A stretch of 64,000 bases of DNA. It comes from Piscinibacter sp. (GTDB lineage Bacteria; Pseudomonadota; Gammaproteobacteria; Burkholderiales; Burkholderiaceae_C). The notes beneath the pieces are model-generated. The model was not told the DNA's origin. It saw only the letters and a list, made by a program, of their open reading frames with translations, and did not search any database. This document shows positions 60,058-64,000 of this stretch, in pieces. The stretch lies in NCBI RefSeq assembly GCF_036377015.1, contig NZ_DASUZE010000116.1, one strand, 5' to 3'. Position 1 is the first letter of the stretch, and the number at the start of each line of letters is the position of its first letter. Made by a program: the position numbers and the translations under genes.

Positions 60058-61034
60058 GCCTCGACAGGAACGAGGAAGTCGCGACTGATGCCGATGCCCA
60101 GCGTGTTCACACGATCCAGGAACTGCGTGAGGAAGGCATGCAGCCCGGTCGCGAGGATCTCGTCGATGCGGCCGTACTGCAGGTCGGCCCGCAGGCGCCC
60201 TGCGCGGCGCAGCGTCTCGTCGGATTGCTCGTTGGACACCATGCGCAGGTTGGAGACCACCTCGTTCATGCACGCCGCCAGCGAGCGCGGCATGTCAGGC
60301 CGCAGGATCAGCAGCTCGGCCACCTTCTCGGGGCGGATCACGTTGCGGTAGGCCTTGCGATAGACCTCGAACCCGGACACCGAGCGCAGGATGGCCGACC
60401 AGTGATAGAAGTCGTACTCGACGTTCTCGCGCCCGTTGCCGTTGCCGTTGCCGTTGAACGCGCCGAAGAACTCGCTGTCGACCGCATGGAACTTCACGTC
60501 GAGCAGGCGCGCGGTGTTGTCGGCGCGCTCGAGGAAGCTGCCGATGCGCAGGAAGTGGAAGGCCTCGTCCTGCAGCATGGTGCCCACGGTCACGCCGCGC
60601 GACAGGTGCGAGCGGAACTTGACCCACTCGAACGCCGTGCCGGGGTCCTTCTGGAAGGCGCCGGTGGCGACCATGCGCTGGAACTCCAGCCAGGTCTGGT
60701 TCTGCGTCTCCCACACCTCGGTGGTGAGGGTGCCCCGCACCGCCCGCGCGTTCTCGCGCGCGGCCATGAGGCAGCTGCGGATGCTCGACGGGTTGTTGGC
60801 GTCGGACACCATGTAATCCATGACGGTGCGCGCAGTGATCGCGCCGTAGCGCTTGGCGAAGTCGCCCGACAGCTCCGAGATGCTGAGCAGCCCCTTCCAC
60901 CCCTTCTCGGCCGCGTCGGCCGACTGCGGCAGCAGCGAGGTCTGGTAGTTCACGTCGAGCATGCGCGCGGTGTTCTCGGCGCGCTCCATGTAGCGCGCCA
61001 TCCAGAACAGGTGGTCAGCGGTTCGCGACAGCAT
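60054..61034 (-). CDS. Alpha-E domain protein (DUF403)
   Basis: MLSRTADHLFWMARYMERAEN, GSFLERADNTARLLD, MPRSL. Confidence 0.93.
   Translation of the reverse strand: MLSRTADHLFWMARYMERAENTARMLDVNYQTSLLPQSADAAEKGWKGLLSISELSGDFAKRYGAITARTVMDYMVSDANNPSSIRSCLMAARENARAVRGTLTTEVWETQNQTWLEFQRMVATGAFQKDPGTAFEWVKFRSHLSRGVTVGTMLQDEAFHFLRIGSFLERADNTARLLDVKFHAVDSEFFGAFNGNGNGNGRENVEYDFYHWSAILRSVSGFEVYRKAYRNVIRPEKVAELLILRPDMPRSLAACMNEVVSNLRMVSNEQSDETLRRAGRLRADLQYGRIDEILATGLHAFLTQFLDRVNTLGIGISRDFLVPVEA
60433..60456. repeat. (CCGTTG)4 hexamer repeat encoding NGNGNGNG in alpha-E
   Basis: Four exact tandem copies. Confidence 0.8.
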
Positions 61035-61049
61035 TCTTGTGTCTCCCGG

Positions 61050-62486
61050 TCAGGCTTCGAGCACCCAGGTGTCCTTGGTCCCGCCGCCTTGCGACGAGTT
61101 GACCACCAGCGAACCTTCCTTCAGCGCGACCCGCGTGAGTCCGCCCGGCACCATCTGCACCGTCTTGCCCGACAGCACGAACGGCCGCAGGTCGATGTGC
61201 CGCGGCGCGATCCCCGACTCGACGAAGGTCGGGCAGGTCGACAGCGACAGCGTCGGCTGCGCGATGTAGCCGGCGGGATTGGCCTCGAGCGCCTTGCGGA
61301 AGTCGGCGATCTCCGCCTTGCTCGCGGCCGGCCCCACCAGCATGCCGTAGCCCCCCGCCCCGTGGACCTCCTTCACGACCAGGTCGGGCAGGTGGTCCAG
61401 CACGTACTTGAGGTCGTCGGCCTCGCGGCACAGGTAGGTCGGCACGTTGTTGAGGATCGGCTTCTCGCCCAGGTAGAACTCGATCATCTTGGGCACGAAG
61501 GGATAGATCGACTTGTCGTCGGCCACGCCCGTGCCGATGGCGTTGGACAGCGTCACGTTGCCGGCCCGGTACACGCTCAGCAGCCCGGCGCAGCCCAGGG
61601 TCGAATCGGGACGGAAGGCCAGCGGATCGAGGAAGTCGTCGTCGAGGCGGCGGTAGATCACGTCGACCCGCTTGGGCCCCTGGGTGGTGCGCATGTAGAC
61701 GAAGTTGTCGCGCACGAAGAGATCCTGGCCCTCGACCAGCTCCACGCCCATCTGCTGCGCGAGGAAGGCGTGCTCGAAGTAGGCGCTGTTGTACATGCCC
61801 GGCGTGAGCAGCACGACAGTGGGATCGTTGACCGCCGCGGGCGCCACCGCGCGCAGCGTCTCGAGCAGCAGGTCGGGATAGTGCGCGACCGGCTCGACGC
61901 GGTGCTGGCTGAACAGCTCCGGGAACAGCCGCATCATCATCTTGCGGTTCTCGAGCATGTAGCTCACGCCGCTGGGCACGCGCAGGTTGTCTTCGAGCAC
62001 GTAGTAGTTGCCGCTGCCGTCGGCGTTGGCGGCGCGCACGATGTCGATGCCGGCGATGTGCGAGTAGACGCCCGCCGGCACGTCGACGCCCATCATCTCG
62101 GGCCGGAACTGGGCGTTCTTGAAGACCTGCTCGGCGGGGACCAGGCCGGCGCGGATGATCTCCTGGCCGTGGTAGACGTCGTGGATGAACCGGTTGAGCG
62201 CCGTCACGCGCTGGCTCAGCCCCTTTTCCATCTCGACCCACTCATGGGCCGGAATGACGCGCGGGATCAGGTCGAAGGGGATCAGGCGCTCCGTGCCCGA
62301 GCCGTCTTCGTCCTTGGCGCCGTAGACCGCGAAGGTGATGCCGACGCGGCGGAAGATCATCTCCGCCTCTTCGCGGCGCGAGCGCATCACGTCGGGCGGC
62401 TGCTCGGCGAGCCAGCGCTGGTAGCCCCTGTAGTGCTCCCGCACCGCAGCGGGAGTCGCTTGCATCTCGTCGAAGCTGGGTCTCAT
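61050..62486 (-). CDS. Circularly permuted type 2 ATP-grasp protein (DUF404/DUF407)
   Basis: [62 protein letters not shown]; GGAGGAG RBS before ATG 62486. Confidence 0.94.
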   Translation of the reverse strand: MRPSFDEMQATPAAVREHYRGYQRWLAEQPPDVMRSRREEAEMIFRRVGITFAVYGAKDEDGSGTERLIPFDLIPRVIPAHEWVEMEKGLSQRVTALNRFIHDVYHGQEIIRAGLVPAEQVFKNAQFRPEMMGVDVPAGVYSHIAGIDIVRAANADGSGNYYVLEDNLRVPSGVSYMLENRKMMMRLFPELFSQHRVEPVAHYPDLLLETLRAVAPAAVNDPTVVLLTPGMYNSAYFEHAFLAQQMGVELVEGQDLFVRDNFVYMRTTQGPKRVDVIYRRLDDDFLDPLAFRPDSTLGCAGLLSVYRAGNVTLSNAIGTGVADDKSIYPFVPKMIEFYLGEKPILNNVPTYLCREADDLKYVLDHLPDLVVKEVHGAGGYGMLVGPAASKAEIADFRKALEANPAGYIAQPTLSLSTCPTFVESGIAPRHIDLRPFVLSGKTVQMVPGGLTRVALKEGSLVVNSSQGGGTKDTWVLEA

Positions 62487-62512
62487 CGGCACATCTCCTC
62501 CGGCGGCGATTT

Positions 62513-62530
62513 AGCAATATCCAGGCCACG
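62513..62530 (-). promoter_or_regulatory. Sigma54-type -24/-12 promoter
   Basis: Sense cgTGGCctggataTTGCt: GG-N10-GC spacing, 26 nt before the ATG. Confidence 0.72.
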
Positions 62531-62536
62531 CGCCTC

Positions 62537-64000
62537 TCATCGTGCGGCCTGCGAGCCATGGTGCCAGTAGCGCATGGCAACGTCACGTTGGCAAACACCC
62601 TGCCCCCGCGCGCCGCCCGGCCATTGCCAGGCGCCGCAGGCGGGGCTCGCGACGGTGATGATGCTCCGTTCGCGGTAGCGTGACAGAACTTCCGGCGCGG
62701 GATGCCCGAAGCGGTTGCGATAGCCGGACTGGAACACCGCCACGGACGGATGGACCGCATCGAGGAAACGCGCGGTCGACGACGTCTTACTGCCGTGGTG
62801 CGGCGCGACCAGCACGTCGGCGGCGAGCCGCTCGGCGTGCTCGTCCAGCAGCCAGCCCTCCTGCGGGCGCTCGATGTCACCCGTGAGCAGCGCGCGGCCG
62901 GTGGCCGGGCTGCTCACCTTCAGCACGCAGGACATGGCGTTCGACTTGAGGCCGCCGAGATAGGCCCAGGCCGGCGGCTGCAGCACCTCGAAGCGCACGC
63001 CGTCCCAGTCCCAGGACTGGCCGTCCTCGCAGCGTGCATGCGTGGGCGCCAGCGCGAGCAGCGGGTGGCCGGCTTCCAGCGAGCTCCAGAGATCGTCCAC
63101 CGGCAGCGCCTGCAGCAGCGCGCGGGCGCCGCCGACGTGGTCGATGTCGCGATGGCTCAGCATCAGCCGGTGGATGCGCGACTCGCCGCGCGAGCGCAGC
63201 AGCGGCAGCAGCACGCGCTGCCCGGCGTCGGCGTCGCGGCCGTACTGCGGGCCGGTGTCGTAGACCAGCAGGTGCTCGCGGGTGCGCACCAGCACCGCCG
63301 TGCCCTGCCCGACGTCGACCGCGAGCAGCTCGAAGCGGCCCTGCGCCGGCCGCGCCGGCACCGGCATGAGCAGCGGCAAGGCCAGCGGGAGCGCCAGCGC
63401 GCGCAGCCGCCAGGGCACCGGCAGGACCAGGAGGACGGCGCCGGCCAGCCCCGCCGCCTGCGCCCAGGCCGGCGCGACGGGCACGGTCCAGACGGCCCCG
63501 GGCAGGCCTGCCGCCCAGGCCAGCCCCAGGCACAGGCGCTGGACCACCCATGCTGCCAGGCCCCACAGGGGCGCGGCCACGATGCCCAGCAGCGCCAGCG
63601 GCGTGATGACCAGCGTGACCAGCGGAATGGCGACCAGGTTGGCCGCGAAGCCCACCAGCGACACCTGCTGGAAGAACACCAGCGTCAAGGGCGTGAGACC
63701 GAGCGTGGCGATCGCCTGGCCGCGCAGCTCGGCACGCAGCCGCGACAGCGCCGCGCGCGCACGTCCCTCGTCCGACGCGGGCCTGCCCGGCCCCGAGGCC
63801 ATCAGCAGGCCCACCGCGACGAAGGACAGCCAGAACCCGGGCTGGAGCAAGGCCCAGGGATCGAGCCCGGTGACCACCACCGCCGCGGCGAGCAGCACCA
63901 GCGGCCAGGGCCAGTGGCGCCCGCCGGCCTGCAGCGCCGTCACCGCGGCCAGCATCCAGACGGTGCGCTGCGACGGAACGCCCCAGCCGGAGAACAGCGC
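62537..64000 (-). CDS. comEC: DNA internalization competence protein ComEC/Rec2 (5' end off window)
   Basis: GFWLSF, DVGQG, DTG, SHRDIDHVGG, PHHGSKTSS, NRFGHP. Confidence 0.93.
   Translation of the reverse strand, partial: ALFSGWGVPSQRTVWMLAAVTALQAGGRHWPWPLVLLAAAVVVTGLDPWALLQPGFWLSFVAVGLLMASGPGRPASDEGRARAALSRLRAELRGQAIATLGLTPLTLVFFQQVSLVGFAANLVAIPLVTLVITPLALLGIVAAPLWGLAAWVVQRLCLGLAWAAGLPGAVWTVPVAPAWAQAAGLAGAVLLVLPVPWRLRALALPLALPLLMPVPARPAQGRFELLAVDVGQGTAVLVRTREHLLVYDTGPQYGRDADAGQRVLLPLLRSRGESRIHRLMLSHRDIDHVGGARALLQALPVDDLWSSLEAGHPLLALAPTHARCEDGQSWDWDGVRFEVLQPPAWAYLGGLKSNAMSCVLKVSSPATGRALLTGDIERPQEGWLLDEHAERLAADVLVAPHHGSKTSSTARFLDAVHPSVAVFQSGYRNRFGHPAPEVLSRYRERSIITVASPACGAWQWPGGARGQGVCQRDVAMRYWHHGSQAAR

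Noticed and set aside
62531-62700. NtrC-type enhancer upstream of the sigma54 promoter
   Set aside because: No convincing TGCAC-N7-GTGCA palindrome found by eye.

Overview
High-GC DNA that looks like a Burkholderiales betaproteobacterium (inferred from gene content, the Gram-negative porin and REP types). Core genes occupy about 1-19 kb (cysE, trmJ, suhB, mutS, pyrG-kdsA-eno-ftsB, pnuC, hslO, an amino-acid ABC pair, a porin, marC) and about 33-44 kb (cytochrome c, ggt, mscS-like, deacetylase, moxR-DUF58-tgpA, mltB); a partial comEC closes the window. Three accessory blocks stand out. (1) 19-33 kb: two paralogous MalT-like STAND-LuxR activators with a near-identical HTH. Around them lie five transcription units, each carrying the same 23-bp box (CGATGGCTCCTTCGNNCGATGTG) exactly 18 nt upstream of a -10-like hexamer, so a complete local regulon can be read from the sequence. 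Its targets are a surface lipoprotein, DUF3617 plus a TMTC-like glycosyltransferase, an orphan ThDP E1 alpha/beta pair, a degenerate cupin, and a pseudo-hemerythrin/hemerythrin pair. (2) 44-52 kb: a tandem duplication of an ECF sigma plus divergent membrane Ser/Thr kinase-TPR module with the phospho-acceptor TTxLVHE motif (ECF43-like). Three copies of a candidate ECF promoter, (T/C)GTCCG-N17-CGTA, precede the first kinase and small membrane or exported proteins, one of them absent from the ORF track. (3) 52-62.5 kb: a doubled circularly permuted ATP-grasp / alpha-E / transglutaminase / DUF2126 cluster behind a sigma54-type promoter, while its usual Anbu peptidase partner sits about 46 kb away, coupled to mutS. 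GTAG-type REPs are frequent and supply the stop codons of four genes. All family assignments come from motif recognition, not database searches.
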